Source of the DNA: Spirogloea muscicola
Taxonomy: Eukaryota
Direction of reading: 5' to 3'
Assembly: GCA_009602725.1 (NCBI GenBank)
Contig: WELB01000001.1
Location: forward strand, 1,531,678-1,595,677
Length of the DNA stretch: 64,000 nucleotides
Shown piece by piece: positions 24,765 to 36,800 of this stretch (positions are counted from its first letter, which is position 1; each line of letters begins with the position of its first letter). The notes under the pieces are model-generated. The model had not been told where the DNA came from and searched no databases. It was given only the letters and a program-made list of their open reading frames with translations. Position numbers and translations under genes: made by a program.

Positions 24765-25625
24765 CCGGAGAACAAAGCGGCTGCTGATATTAAAGAAAGA
24801 TATCAAAGCGCTTCCCCTGGCCCCCTTCTCGTACTCTGTTCATTCTTTTTCGGGCTGGTTGTTCCAGCCCCTATTCTCAATGGGCGAGCACTTTCTTCTT
24901 GATATTAAAAGAGCGGCTGTGAAAGCCAGCCAGATGCATACAGGTGTTCATGACGGAGCGACAGGCTAGGCAGCCAGGGCGCTCTTAGTACCCCCGTGTC
25001 AATGTGCTTGCCTTTGTACTTGGCCACACATGGCCTCCCCATCTCTTGATATACACGCATTTTCGTGTCAACAGTAGGAAGTCAGATGAGCCGAGGGGAG
25101 GAATGCGGCTGCTGACATTTTAGAATCGGCTGTAAACTGCCAACCACATGCATACAGGGCAGGAAGAGTAACCCCGCTGCGCAAGCCAGGGGCTGCTGCA
25201 AGAAGAAAGTGCTCGCCCATTGAGAATAGGGGCTGGCAAAGCCAACCCAAAAAGAATGGACAATGTTCAAAGCCAAAGAAAGAGGTGCTGAAAAAGGACT
25301 ACACTACAAAGTGCAAGATGGTGCAGAGGGAGATGCAGATGGCTGCTCAGTATCCTGCTGCAAGGGCGCGACCAGCGCGGCGGTGCAAAGCAAGCGCTTG
25401 GGAGCGTGCCCAGGCTAACGCTTTGCGCCAGAAAGCTGGGCGAGCCTAGTTGGTGGCAGAAGGGCTTTAAATCTGACATCTAGTATTCAGGCATCGATTG
25501 GTGACCTTTATGTTTTGACCCGTGGTTACCGAGCGAGTCAATCTGCTGACGGTTATGTGGGTCTTCAGATGTGCTTGCCTTTGTACTTAGCCATTTGGCC
25601 CTCGTTTGTTTCAAATACACAAAAT
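24765..25625. mobile_element. Nest of non-LTR retrotransposon fragments upstream of ATR, including two short insertions with TSDs
   Basis: Tail-B copies at 24795-24899 (+) and ~25200-25265 (-). Tail-A copies at 25003-25063 and ~25400-25625 (+). The host LINE-body repeat is also seen at ~5170, ~26020-26145 and ~46760. Confidence 0.8.
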
Positions 25626-26019
25626 TCTTCTGCTTGGGACCGCTGTAGGGACATAGACAAATGCATGCGGTAGCAGGACACAAGACCCAAAGGCACCGAG
25701 CCACCGGGACGGGCTGCACCCTGTTCCCTGCGCCGCTGATCAGCTTGAGAGGCCAGCAGCGAAAGTAACGAAGACCACCGACCCCGGTAACACCCATGGA
25801 TGTCCATGGCCAGGGGGTAAAAGGTATTACCCGCCGGGTGTTCCTTGTACTTGCTCAACTTCTACTGTTCGGCCACCTTCACGGCATAGCCGGTCTCAGA
25901 AGTCGGACTCCTGCGCATGAACGCGTCGGACGACTGCGCATGAACGCGGCTGCTGCTGATACCAAGGGGCCGGAAAGCGCTGAAAGCGCTGTGAGAGGCC
26001 TGCCCAAATGGAGCTGTAT

Positions 26020-26430
26020 GAGCGCCTGTAACAGCCAGCCGGGTGCATAAGAGGGTGTTCAAAACTACATCAGCGGAGCCACAGGCTAGGCAAACAGGGC
26101 GCTCTTAGTACCCCCGTGTCAGCACGAGGAAGTCAGATGAGGTGAATGGAGTGTGTATTCTTAGGGGCCTGAGTGGCCAAGTATAAAGGCAGGCACATTG
26201 ACAGATGTTCATCACGTGCTGCTAAGCTGACCCGCTCAGTAACCACGAATCAGCGCATAAGGTCACTGAGTGATGCCCGAATACCGGACTACAATTGACA
26301 AGCCTTATACCACTAGCTAAGGCTCGACCAGCTTTCTAGTGCAGCATGAGCCTGAGCTCGCTGTATTCAGGCTGACACACATCGTTGCGAAAACAGCATA
26401 TAGGCTGCCGGCATGCCCATTTTACATCAA
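26020..26430 (-). mobile_element. LINE body fragment plus family-A 3' end
   Basis: Near-identity to 24930-25095 and to the family-A tail (gtataaaggcaggcac...gacccgctcagtaaccacg). Confidence 0.75.
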
Positions 26431-27513
26431 GTCAACGCCACGCTGCTTTTTCTATACTACCTCCATCTGACCACTAAAGCTTGCTTTGGGGAAGAAAAGG
26501 CTCAGGAATAGCCAGTGGCCAGATCGGAGACGAGGCAGCGCACGGCGAGGAGGCACACGCCATATTTGGCGATGGTGATGTCGATTCATCGAGGGCGTGA
26601 CTGGCGAGTGGTGGGCTGATATGGCTATGCATCTCCCACCACGGTAGCAACGACATGCTGCGCCACCCTACCCAGGACACCCCTACAGCTTAGCTTCCAC
26701 TACTGGTAGACTTAGACCACATTCCATTATTGGTGAACTGAAGCCACAGGCAAGAACTTCTAAGAATATCTATAGGCGCGAAATCAGAGGTGCCATTAAG
26801 CCAGCAGACGAGGCCACATGTTGCTGCTTTTGATGCCCAGGCCTGCTTTGCTCTTCTGTACCCTAGGAACCCGCACTGAATTTTCCACCATGACCAGCAT
26901 GGCACCTCTGAAGCAGCTGCTTTGCTGTCCTTCGTGCCCGGCTGGACAGTAAGGTGTCAAGTAGACCCTTGGCTATCCCTTTGGCTTCCGCTTCTGCCGG
27001 GAGCTCTTACTAAGCCCTGGCAGCGACGTAAACTTCCACGAGCAGTCGGATCACTGACATAGCAACTCATAGTAATCAAAGCTCCGGTGATTTCAATGGT
27101 ACCCAGTGGTGGGCACCTATTGGTGCAGATTGCGTCCCCATCAGACTTACAATGCCATGCAGTCCTGCTGATTCGTGCAGAAGCCGGCATAGCTGGTGGC
27201 AATTGAACAGAGCGAGGCCTAGGTGTGCCTGCTCCTCTGCAGTGTGGTTGTTATCTCTCACCACCTCGCAACAAAGGTGTGTGGGTAGATGGAAGGGGCG
27301 CATAGCGTGCAGCAAACCAGCAGCAACCAGCCTCTGCCGTGCATATAATAAAGCTGCCTCCTTGACTACGTACTTGCACCTGAGTGCGGCAGAAATTGCC
27401 TGACGGGTTTGTGCCACAGGTGTCAGTCACAGTGTTTGCAGCGCCTGCTGAGCTGCCTTGAAGCTGGCGCTTCACTTCCAGCTCAGGTTCCTTTATCGTT
27501 GCAGAGGTGTCGC

Positions 27514-28546
27514 TCAGAGCCGCCGAGGCCACCGGGCAAGCATCTGGCGGCCACCTGGAGAGGCGAGGCAGCCGGCGGTGGCAAGGACATTCAAGCCGGC
27601 CGCCAAGTTGAATTTCTGCGGCAGATGCAGGAGGTATGCACGTCAAGAGGCGAGTGAGATCAATTTTCTGGACGATTGTTGCATGCCTCAGGAATCTCTG
27701 AAGCTGCGCTGGCATCCCCCGCAATGCCTGCAGCCTCACAGCTTGATGGCACCGCTGCTCGACCAAGTTGTGCAACCAAGCCTGCAGCTCGGTGGCCGCT
27801 GAAGTGACGAGAGTGCCACGCACGGCCCCCACCCCTTTGAGCATCTCAGCGTCCCCTATCGGAGCTCGTCAGTGCAAAGCCAACCATGCCAAAGGACAGC
27901 TAGCAAGGGCGAGAGGGTGCTGATCGTGCTCTCTGGAGCTTCTAGTCCAGCGTCAAGGACACGCGACAAGTGCTGGAAGTAATGCATGGCCCTTGACGAG
28001 GCGGTCTCAAGCAGGGCGGTGTACAGTTGTAAGGTCACAGGTGTGGTCGGGGCTGGCAGTCCGCACACGGGCATGCCTCGCGGCTCGGACATCAAGCCAA
28101 ACCCAACAAGCCCTGCGGCTCGATGTCCGGGACAAGACTTGTGCTTCGGTGGGTTGAGCAAGGTGAGGGTTTCTGATACGCACCTCCTGAAAGCTCGTCT
28201 TCCTGGTCTTGTGCCGGAAGCGCTGCATCGCCCACCTGGAGCGCCGCGCCAGCAGGGGGCAGGGGCGTCGACGTCAGGACTGCTCGTGCCCGCAGCGCGA
28301 CCGGGCCGGGCGGTGCTGGCAGCGCGGATCGCAGCGCGGCGGCGGCGGCGCGGCGGCGGCGGTCACTCACAGGCCGCCGGGCCAGCCGCTGAGCGCCGCG
28401 GTGGCGCAAAGGGTGGACTCGCTGATGCGCCGGCGGCCGGCCACCGCGGCTTGCTTGTCCCAGGCGAAGGCGCCGGCGGCCGCGGCGTTGATGGCGGCGA
28501 GGTAGGCGGCGGCGGCGGCGGCGGCGGGCGGGCGCAGGCCGCGCAT
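27514..28546 (-). CDS. DUF1294 (YsdA-like) small membrane protein, 3 exons
   Basis: Exons 28546-28371 (YLAAINAAAAGAFAWDKQAAVAGRRRISESTLCATAALSGWPGG), 28235-28184 (LWAMQRFRHKTRKTSFQE) and 27615-27514 (KFNLAAGLNVLATAG...*). GT-AG introns with consistent phases. The DK..A...RI.E..L and FRHKT.K..F motifs are typical of the family. Exon 3 is the least certain. Confidence 0.85.
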
Positions 28547-28584
28547 GCCGCCGCGGCGCACGGCTGGCAAACGGACAAGTGGAC

Positions 28585-28995
28585 GCACGTGTATTTGAAA
28601 GAAACGAATGCTACATTGGCCAAGTACGAGGAAGACAAGCACATCTAATGACGTACATCCCACTGCAAATTGAGCCGCTCAGTAACCACGGGTCAACACA
28701 TAAAGGTCGCCAATTACTGCCTGAATACCAGCTGGCAGATTCGAAGCCCTTCTGCCACCAACCAGGAGCTCGCCCAGCTTTCTGGTGCAAAGCATGAGCC
28801 TGAGCACGTTGTAAACAGGCCGACACACGTCATCGCAAGAACGACAGATATGCAGCTGGCAAACCCATCTCAGCCGGAAGCACATGTACACGACGTGCAT
28901 AACCTAGATTGGCAATATTTTGAAGGAGAGTGTGGAAATGAGGACCTAAACAAGCAAAGATATTGACTTCAGCTGGCAGGAGCTGATCTCATTGG
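28585..28995 (-). mobile_element. 5'-truncated CRE-like (RLE) non-LTR retrotransposon, family A
   Basis: Encodes the C-terminal RRVSACLQRAQAHALHQKAGRA, followed by the family-A 3' UTR. Collinear with 59520-59965. Confidence 0.85.
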
Positions 28996-29159
28996 GGCAA
29001 ATCGGAGTACTGCTGCAATATATTCGAAGCAATGAGGCTAGTGCTGTTTTCAGCACTTTTCCGCCCCTTCGGATCTTGTCAACTCTTTCCGAGATGGCTC
29101 TGTTCATCAGCCCACGCCCCCTTGAGCTCATTTCCTGTGAAAGAGCCGCAAGGAATGGA

Positions 29160-30000
29160 GTGTGTAGTGAGTGATGGAGGGCCTGAGTGGCCAAGTACAA
29201 AGGCAGGCATCTTGACAGATGTACATCACCTGCTACTAAGCTGACACGCTCAGTAACCACGAGTCAGCACATAGAGGTCGCTAACTGATGGCCGTTCGAT
29301 GAAATACCAAACGGCAAATCTGACAAGCCCTTGTGCCACCAGCTAAGGCCCGACCAGCTTTCTGGTGCAAAGCATGAGCCTGAGCTCGCTGCAAACAGGC
29401 TGACAGACGATACTGCATAACAACAGATAGGCTGCCGGCATGCCCATCTCGGCTGGAAGCATACCCTCACGTCATATCACGTGCAGATCCTAGACTGCGA
29501 TGATCTCAAGTAGGGTATAAAACGAGGACCCATGCAGCCAAAGGTGTCAATTTACGGCTGGAAGGAGGTGACCACTACGGGGGTAGTCAGAGTAGTGCTG
29601 CAGCATTCTCTGCTCTGCAGTTCCAACTGCGTGGCTAGAAATGTGGGTCGATGCTGAACTTTTGTATGCCTCCGTCACAACCACATCGACCAAGGCCCGT
29701 GGACCGCCGCCAGGTGTACACCCACAATGTCTAGGGTGCGACGGTGATGGCGTGCCTAAGGGTCCTTGGTGATGGGCATAATGTTCACTTCCACAATAGA
29801 CGGCGTCACGCATCAAGTCCGCCAGGGCATCCCGTAGTGGATTTTGAGTGCCCCCTTTCTCGAGGCCAGTGGGATATCGCAGCATATGCGTAGAGAGGGG
29901 GAGGAAGAGTTGAGGGGAGGAAGAGCAACCCCGCTGCGTGGGCAGACTGGACATCTCGCCGCCCACACCACTTCAGCATATCTGAAGGCATTCCCATTTG
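29160..30000 (-). mobile_element. Longer family-A copy with decayed zinc-knuckle/RLE region
   Basis: THMLRYPTGLEKGGTQNPLRDALADL...PRALVDVVVT...AVGTAEQRMLQHYSDYP...LLPAV, then the same 3' UTR. Confidence 0.82.
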
Positions 30001-30419
30001 GCTAGGCTACTCTTAGAAAGAGACTAAGACTCGCCCAGTAGAGGGCGAGGAAGCTAGTCGAGCTTCGTAGCAGGCCCATGCCCAAGCTGAGGCCTCATCC
30101 AGGTGTTGACAGCCCGGCACCACGGCCCCAGCTCTCCTTTCCCCCTCTGTTCCCCCTCAGCAGCACAGTGGCATTGGGCGAGGCTCCTCGACCTAGTTGC
30201 AGTCCTTCGAAAGCGAAAGCCAGCCTGCCCACCTTGTGGCCAGCCTGCCCATTATGTTCATTCTTTTTTGGGCTGGCTTTTCCAGCCCCCTATCCTCAAT
30301 GGGCGAGCCCTTTCTCTTGTGGCACAGTCCACATAGGGCACGGCCCCACCTTCAGCGAGCCTCCCTGCCCGTCCTCACCCGCATAGCAATAACAGCCTCG
30401 GTGTAGCTGCTTGGACGGT

Positions 30420-31970
30420 CTTTGCGCTCCTCCCTCGTCACCCGCGCCTACAGCACCTTGAAGCAACTAGCAAGTGGTGGCTATCCAGTGTGTGGCTCAA
30501 CGTCTCACTTACCTGTTGCGGACTGTACCCCAACCTCTGCACTGGACGCTATATACTCTACTGTGGATTCCCCACCTCCTACTGGCTCTTCGCGGCCTCG
30601 TGGACCACCCCAATCTCCTTACACGTCGGCTGTCCTCCTCCTGCTGACGCTTCCCAACAGCACAGGCGGCCTTGGGTGCCGCCTACTGGCTCGCCTGTCT
30701 CGAGCGGCTCACCTGGGTGGTGGGCCCAAGTGGTCCTCCACCACCTCGAGTCGCTTCACCCTAAGGGGTCAAGCTGTTTCAGCACCCGCCATGGCGGGAG
30801 TGGCAACGGGGGACCTGACCTTCCAGCTCTGATAAGTCGCTAGACGACGTAACCTATTACGCACCTTACCTTCACTTGCGGAGGGTCATGCAAATATTGT
30901 GGCATGGGCTTGCTTTTCCAATAGGAAAGCACAGGCCCACTACACACATTAGGGGGACGAGCAGGTTGTCTCTGAGCTGAAGGGACTGCTCAAGGACGAT
31001 GGACGTGGTCTTACCCGGAATCTTTCCATCAGCTCCTCGGGAGCATCCGAGTGGTTTTGAGTCCCATCGGCTCTCGGACGTAACTGTTCCGCAATGCGCT
31101 GCATCATCACCTCGGCCTCCCCCCCCTTCGCTTGGCTGGCATCCGCCAGTGCGAGCGTGGCCACATTATGGATGATAAGATTGCTCTAGCTGCGCACGTG
31201 CTGGGGTGTGCTGAGAGGAGTGAGCGCATGGCCTCCCACGACCTACTCACAGATGCTATCTCCGGACTTGTGCGCAAGGCAGGGAATCAACCGGCAATGG
31301 AGGTGTCCGGCATCATGCCAGCCTCCGACAGGCGCGGCAAGCCATACGTGCCGCTTCTGGACGTGGTCGCCACCCTCCGGAGCGGTGGGCCTTGCATGCT
31401 CCTGGACGTTGTACTATGTTGATGCAGACAAAGCTGGAGCACCCACGTCAAGTGTGCCTGGGGGCAACGTCCAGTGCAGAGCGCAAAAAGGAGAGGAATA
31501 ACGAGGAGCACCGCCGAGGAGACCATCTATTCGTGCGCTGTGGATATTTACGGTGGTTTATATATATTGTGGTCCTCCCTCATCCAGCATCTGGCCCGAC
31601 TGCTTGACATGCATTATCGCAGTCGGGGGGAGAGTTTCGGGCAAACTAGCATTCCGCAGGCTTAATTGCAACTTAGACATGCTGCTCTTGCTTAATTTGC
31701 AGCACTCGCAAGCTCTGGCTATTCATCCGTGTGCTGGCCGCGCTCCAAGTCAGCCACCGGCTTCCTTGGTGGCGATCCGGCTTCCCAAATTAGCTTGTCG
31801 AATTTGTATGCGCGCAACTGTGGGTACTCACGTCACACGGTACCTTAGCCACGTTAACATGGAGATACGTTTCATACTAGCCCCGTTACTTGCACTAGTC
31901 TTGGCCTGAACAGTGTACTGGCTTGAATCTGCCTCCCTTTCGTTCAAGCGCACCGCGCGCCTTCTCTCCT
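30420..31970 (+). mobile_element. Decayed CRE-like non-LTR retrotransposon, second family (tail D)
   Basis: RT-thumb-like LTLPNSTGGLG; QCERG...AHVLGC...SHDLLTDAISGLVRKAG...E...LLDVV (knuckle, RHD-like motif, RLE); LNLQHSQALAIH; ends in the tail gcctgaacagtgtactggcttgaa...gcgcgccttctctcc. Confidence 0.82.
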
Positions 31971-32490
31971 GCGGTGCCCAGTGCACTGTGCTGTGCTACG
32001 TGGGAGCTTCGTCGTCGCCGTCGTCATCGTCGGGCTGGAAAGCGCCGGTGGGAAGGCGCCTCCCTGGCAGCCCGGCGGGGCAGCTAATGATGCGCGCCGG
32101 GCCGCAGGTGCCGGGAATGAAGTATCGCGGGACGGGTTGGGGCAAAGGCGAAGGAGGTTAGCGGCGTCCCCGCAAGGTGGGAGGATGGCGTACGGGACGC
32201 GGGCAGGCGAGCCACGGAGGCATCGGGCAACCACGGGGGAGTAAAGCGTCCGCGTGCCGTCAACCGCCGCGGGGCGTCTGGCGCGGGGTGGGTGGGCGCA
32301 GGCCGGGCGGGAGAGATCGTGTATTAGAAAGAAATGTAGGCCAAATGGCCAGGTACAAAGGCAAGCACATCTAAAAATCTACATAACCTACAGCAGATTG
32401 ACCCGCTCAATAACCACGGGTCAAAACACGGGCGGGGGGCGGGGGAGCCTGCCAAGTAAGAAGCCAAGCTCGGGGCGTACGTACCGGCGA

Positions 32491-33500
32491 AGGGAGAGAA
32501 GGCGCGCGGGGCGCATGAAATGAAATGGAGGCCAATTCAAGCCGCTACATTGTTCAGGCGAAGGGGGTAGTAGGTTGGGGGGGGGGAGGCGGCCGGGGGA
32601 TGAATGACGGGCCGGGAGGCGGTGGGCAAGCGCCGGGCTGTCGGGCTTGTCGCGCGCGCCTAACGATCTCGGTGGTGGGCGGCTGGCGGCGCCGCTGACG
32701 CGGAGGCGGGGACCAAGTGGTGGCGGCGAAGCGGACCGCCGCTTGCAATCTCCACCCTGGCGCCGACCCCGCGCCGCCGCCGGATCGATCTCGCGGGGAG
32801 GCCAGGTGCCCGCGCCCCGACGCGCTTCCCTGGTCGCTACGCGCAGCGGCTCGGCGCGCGTGCGCGCCAGGCACCGCCCACCTGGCGATGTATGATTCGC
32901 TCTCGCGGTTGCCAGGGTGCCTGGCGGTCGCAGCCGGCCGGCGGCGGGCCCGCAGAGAGCAGGTGGCCCTACCAGGGGGCCGCCGCCGCGCTGGCGCTCG
33001 TGCTGCGGCCGCCACGGGTTCGCTGGCGACCCCTCAGCCTTTCTATTCGGGGGGGGGGGGGAGGCAGCGGTCGCCCCGCCACCTGGCAGAGGGGCGGCCG
33101 CCAGCCGCTGTTCCTCGCCCTCTTCCGTCTCCGAATCTGTGTGTATTTCGGGTGGCCCACACTGCAGCTCGCTGGGCGGTGGTGGGGCCTCTCGCTTTTG
33201 GCGAGGCGCAGTCGCGCAGCGCCCATCTCGCACCGCCGCGCGCCATCTCCGGCGAGATGGAGGGGCCGCACCGTCTCCCCCCCAAGAAAGAGAGAGAAGG
33301 CGCGCGGGGCGCATGAAATGAATTGGAGGCCAGTGCAAGCCGATACGTTGTTCAGGGGGCAGAGTCTAGGGCAAATTAAACAGGGCTACATAATGAAGCC
33401 AGGCAGGCGGGACACGAGCAAACGTGGCTCTCACGAAGGGGCCGGGGGCTTTTTGGAGAAAAGTGGCCCCGTTCGAAGGAGGCTTTCAGACCATTGGCGT
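32491..33500 (-). repeat. Two copies of LINE tail D (32491-32560, 33290-33500); more at ~37965-38035, 39133-39240, 40455-40520 (-) and ~59057-59110 (+)
   Basis: Shared ~70-nt gagagaaggcgcgcggggcgcatgaaatgaa..ggaggccaattcaagcc..tacattgttcagg. Confidence 0.85.
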
Positions 33501-33834
33501 CCGGAAAGGGGTTGGCAATCACCCCCCGGAGCCCCGCCGCGGGCCCCGGCGATCCGCCGGAGATGGTGGGCTGGCAGTGCCCGAGCGGCGCGCCGTGGGG
33601 CCCGCCGCTGGAAGGGGGGCGGCCCCCCCCCNNNNNNNNNNNNNNNNNNNNNNNNNNNNNNNNNNNNNNNNNNNNNNNNNNNNNNNNNNNNNNNNNNNNN
33701 NNNNNNNNNNNNNNNNNNNNNNNNNNNNNNNNNNNNNNNNNNNNNNNNNNNNNNNNNNNNNNNNNNNNNNNNNNNNNNNNNNNNNNNNNNNNNNNNNNNN
33801 NNNNNNNNNNNNNNNNNNNNNNNNNNNNNNNNNN

Positions 33835-36800
33835 TGCCTCGGCCTCGAGGCGGACGCCGGGACTGCCACGGCCGGCTTCCAGCCGTCCGCCTTCGAGATA
33901 CTGGCGGCCAGGTCGCCGCCGCCAAGCCCTGCCGCCGCCGCCGCCGCCGCCGCCAATGCCTCCAGGGCCGAGCGCCGGCTCGCGGACGACGGCGGCGCCA
34001 CGCCCGTGTACCGCCTCGGCCTGGCGCCGCCGGACCTGTCCAGCTCCGCGCTGCAGGCCGCGGCCATCAGCGGCTACTACTACCGCTACGCGTCCACCGT
34101 CCCGCCCTCCTCCGTCGACTGGCGCCTCGTGACGAGCCCCATGGTGATGACGCCGGTGAAGAACCAGGGCGAGTGCGCGTCCTGCTCCGCGTTCGTGGTT
34201 GCGGACGCCATCGCGGCGCTGGCGGCCATTACCAGCCAGGCCGACGCCGTCGACCTCTCGGCCGAGCAGATCTGCAAGTGCGGCACACCCGGTGGCTCGT
34301 GCTGCTCCGGCGGCTGGCCGCAGTCCGAGCTCGACTACGTCGTCAGCAGCGGCGGCCTGGCCGCCGCCAACACGTACCCGTACACTGCCGACTACGGCAA
34401 CTCTCAGTGCAGCTCGGGCAGGGCCAAACAGGTCGCTGCCTCCATCACATCCTGGGAGCTGGTGTCGGCGCTCGACAGCAAGGCACTCAAACAGGCCATC
34501 GCCAACCAGGTGCTTGCCTCTGTCCTTCCTCGCCCAGCTTCTTGGCTGCCTCTTCCAATGGCCTGCACCTCTGTTTAAGAGCTTGGAAATAGCTTATACA
34601 GTTTTCAGGGAGGCAGACTGTACACCGTGGCTCTAGCGCTGACCAAACGAAGCTTTCTTGTGTCGCCCACAAGAAAACCCAAACGAAGTCTTCTTGTGTC
34701 GCCCACAAGAAAGCTGGCCAGCATGGCCAGCAAGGTGGCCCTTGACATCGCCATTGCGCCTGCCGTTTCTTGTTGGTCGATCCCTCTGGCTACAACCGTG
34801 CTGCAAGGCTTCTCGTCCCGTCAAGACTGATTGCCCTCTCGACTGTCTCTGTGCTGCTGCAGCCGGTGATCGTGTTCGTTGATGCCAGCAGCTTGGCATT
34901 CCAGCAATACAAACGCGGCGTTTTTCTTGGCGACTGCCCAACCAATGTCAATCATGCAATGTTAGCGGTTGGGTATGGCTACGACTCCACTGCGGGTTGG
35001 TACTGGATCTTAAAGAACTCGTGGAGCACCTTGTGGGGCGAGGGCGGGTACATGCGCCTCAGCTTCGGCAACGACGGCCGCGGCCTGTGTGCGCTCCTGG
35101 CGCAGTCGCCGGTGTACCCAGTGATAACGTCAGCCGACAACCCGTGCGCCAACCTGCCCAACCCGTGTGGCGCTGGCGCGTGCATTTCCACTGGCGTTGG
35201 CGCCTACACCTGTGCGTGCCCGCAGGGCTACGTTCTCAACAACGCGACCAGCTCGGGCGCAAAATGCGTGGCTGCCAATCCATGCTCTGTGAACCCGAGC
35301 CCCTGCGGTGCTGGCCAGTGCAGCACCAGCAGCGCCACTGATGGGTCATATACGTGCAGCTGCTTTGGTGGCTACGTGCTCGGCGCCACTGCGCTGGGCG
35401 CGCCTACATGCGTGCAAGGCAACGGCGGCTCCGGCGTGCTCACCTACACTGCATCCGTGGGAGACACGTATTCCGGCGCCGCATCTGCCTTTGGCATCTC
35501 TGTGCAGCAGCTCGTAGCTCTCAACCCGTGGCTGCAGGGCAACACCGACACGGACCTTGTTGTTGGTGAGGCCCCACTTAGAGCCAGTTACACTGCACCC
35601 ATGCCACCTGAGGTCATCTGCAAGGGCGGCGACATGGTTCATACTCATATTGGGTTGACAAAAGGATGTTGTATCAGGCCCTTCCGTTCCTTGTCAGCTG
35701 CTTGGCTTACGGAGCTGCTAGCTCTGCCTTGGTCCGTCCCCTCGGCGGAAGTCCCCCCCTTCCCTACTCCATCCACCTCCCTCTCCCTACCCTTGTTTTC
35801 CCCTCCTCGGTTGTCCAAGTGATGCCTTCTGACTCCTCCCATTGCCTTCTCCTGTTCTCTAGGATCTGTGCTGGCCATCTCAGGCGACAGCATCAGCAGT
35901 GGATGCGTGAAGAACTACATCGTGCAAAGCGGTGACACGTGCTTGCGCATCGGGCAGCGTAGCTTCCCCACCGCAGGGAACCCCGTGGGCCACCTGCAGG
36001 CAATCAATCCCACGCTTGACTGCAGCCAACTGTGGCTCGGCCAGCAGCTTTGCGTGGTGATCAATCAGCAGGTGGAGCCAGCACAGCTTCGGTGCGGCCA
36101 GTCAGTGCTAGTCTCGAAGACCTGCCGCACCTGTGCCTGCCTCTCCCAGACTTACAACGTCACCTTCACTGATCTCGCCAACCTCAATCCGGGCCTTTCG
36201 TGCACCCGGGGCCAGCTGTCGCTGTCCGTCTCCGTGTGCGTCGCGCCGTACGTGCCACCTGCGGCTGCCAATTGCTCCAGCATCTACCGGCTGCGCCTCG
36301 GCGACACGTGCTCCAGTATCGCCGCGGCAGCAGGCCTCACTGACGCTCAGTTCCTCGGCCTCAACCTGGGCATCCAGTGTGATTGGCTGAGGCTACAGAT
36401 TGGCATGCCCGTGTGCATAGCACCACCACTCAATGACACCAAGTACATTCCCGAGTCACCCTATGCCATCAAAGCAGGTGACACGCTTGCGTCCATCGCC
36501 GATGGCTACCAGAAGCAGTGCGGCTCAATCGCAACACCGGCCACCATCTGCCGTCAAAATGTGGACCAAATCGGTGACTGCAATGACCTCTCGTCCAATG
36601 TTGGCCAGCTCATCCAGGTCCGTCCACCCACTTGACCATTTGCAGGTAGAGAGACAGGAACACTGCTGCTCGAGAGGGCCATCCAAGCAGATTGCATCAT
36701 TGCGTGCTGACTTGGACTCCTCATTCTTTCTGCTTTTGCAGGTGCCATGTCAGTGGCCCATTGGCCGCTACTGCGGATGTACGCCCGACGAGCCAGTGTG

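Noticed and set aside
32491..33360. Direct repeats flanking ~730 nt, resembling LTRs of a TRIM
   Set aside because: The repeat is LINE tail D, dispersed at several other sites. No TG..CA ends, PBS or PPT were seen.
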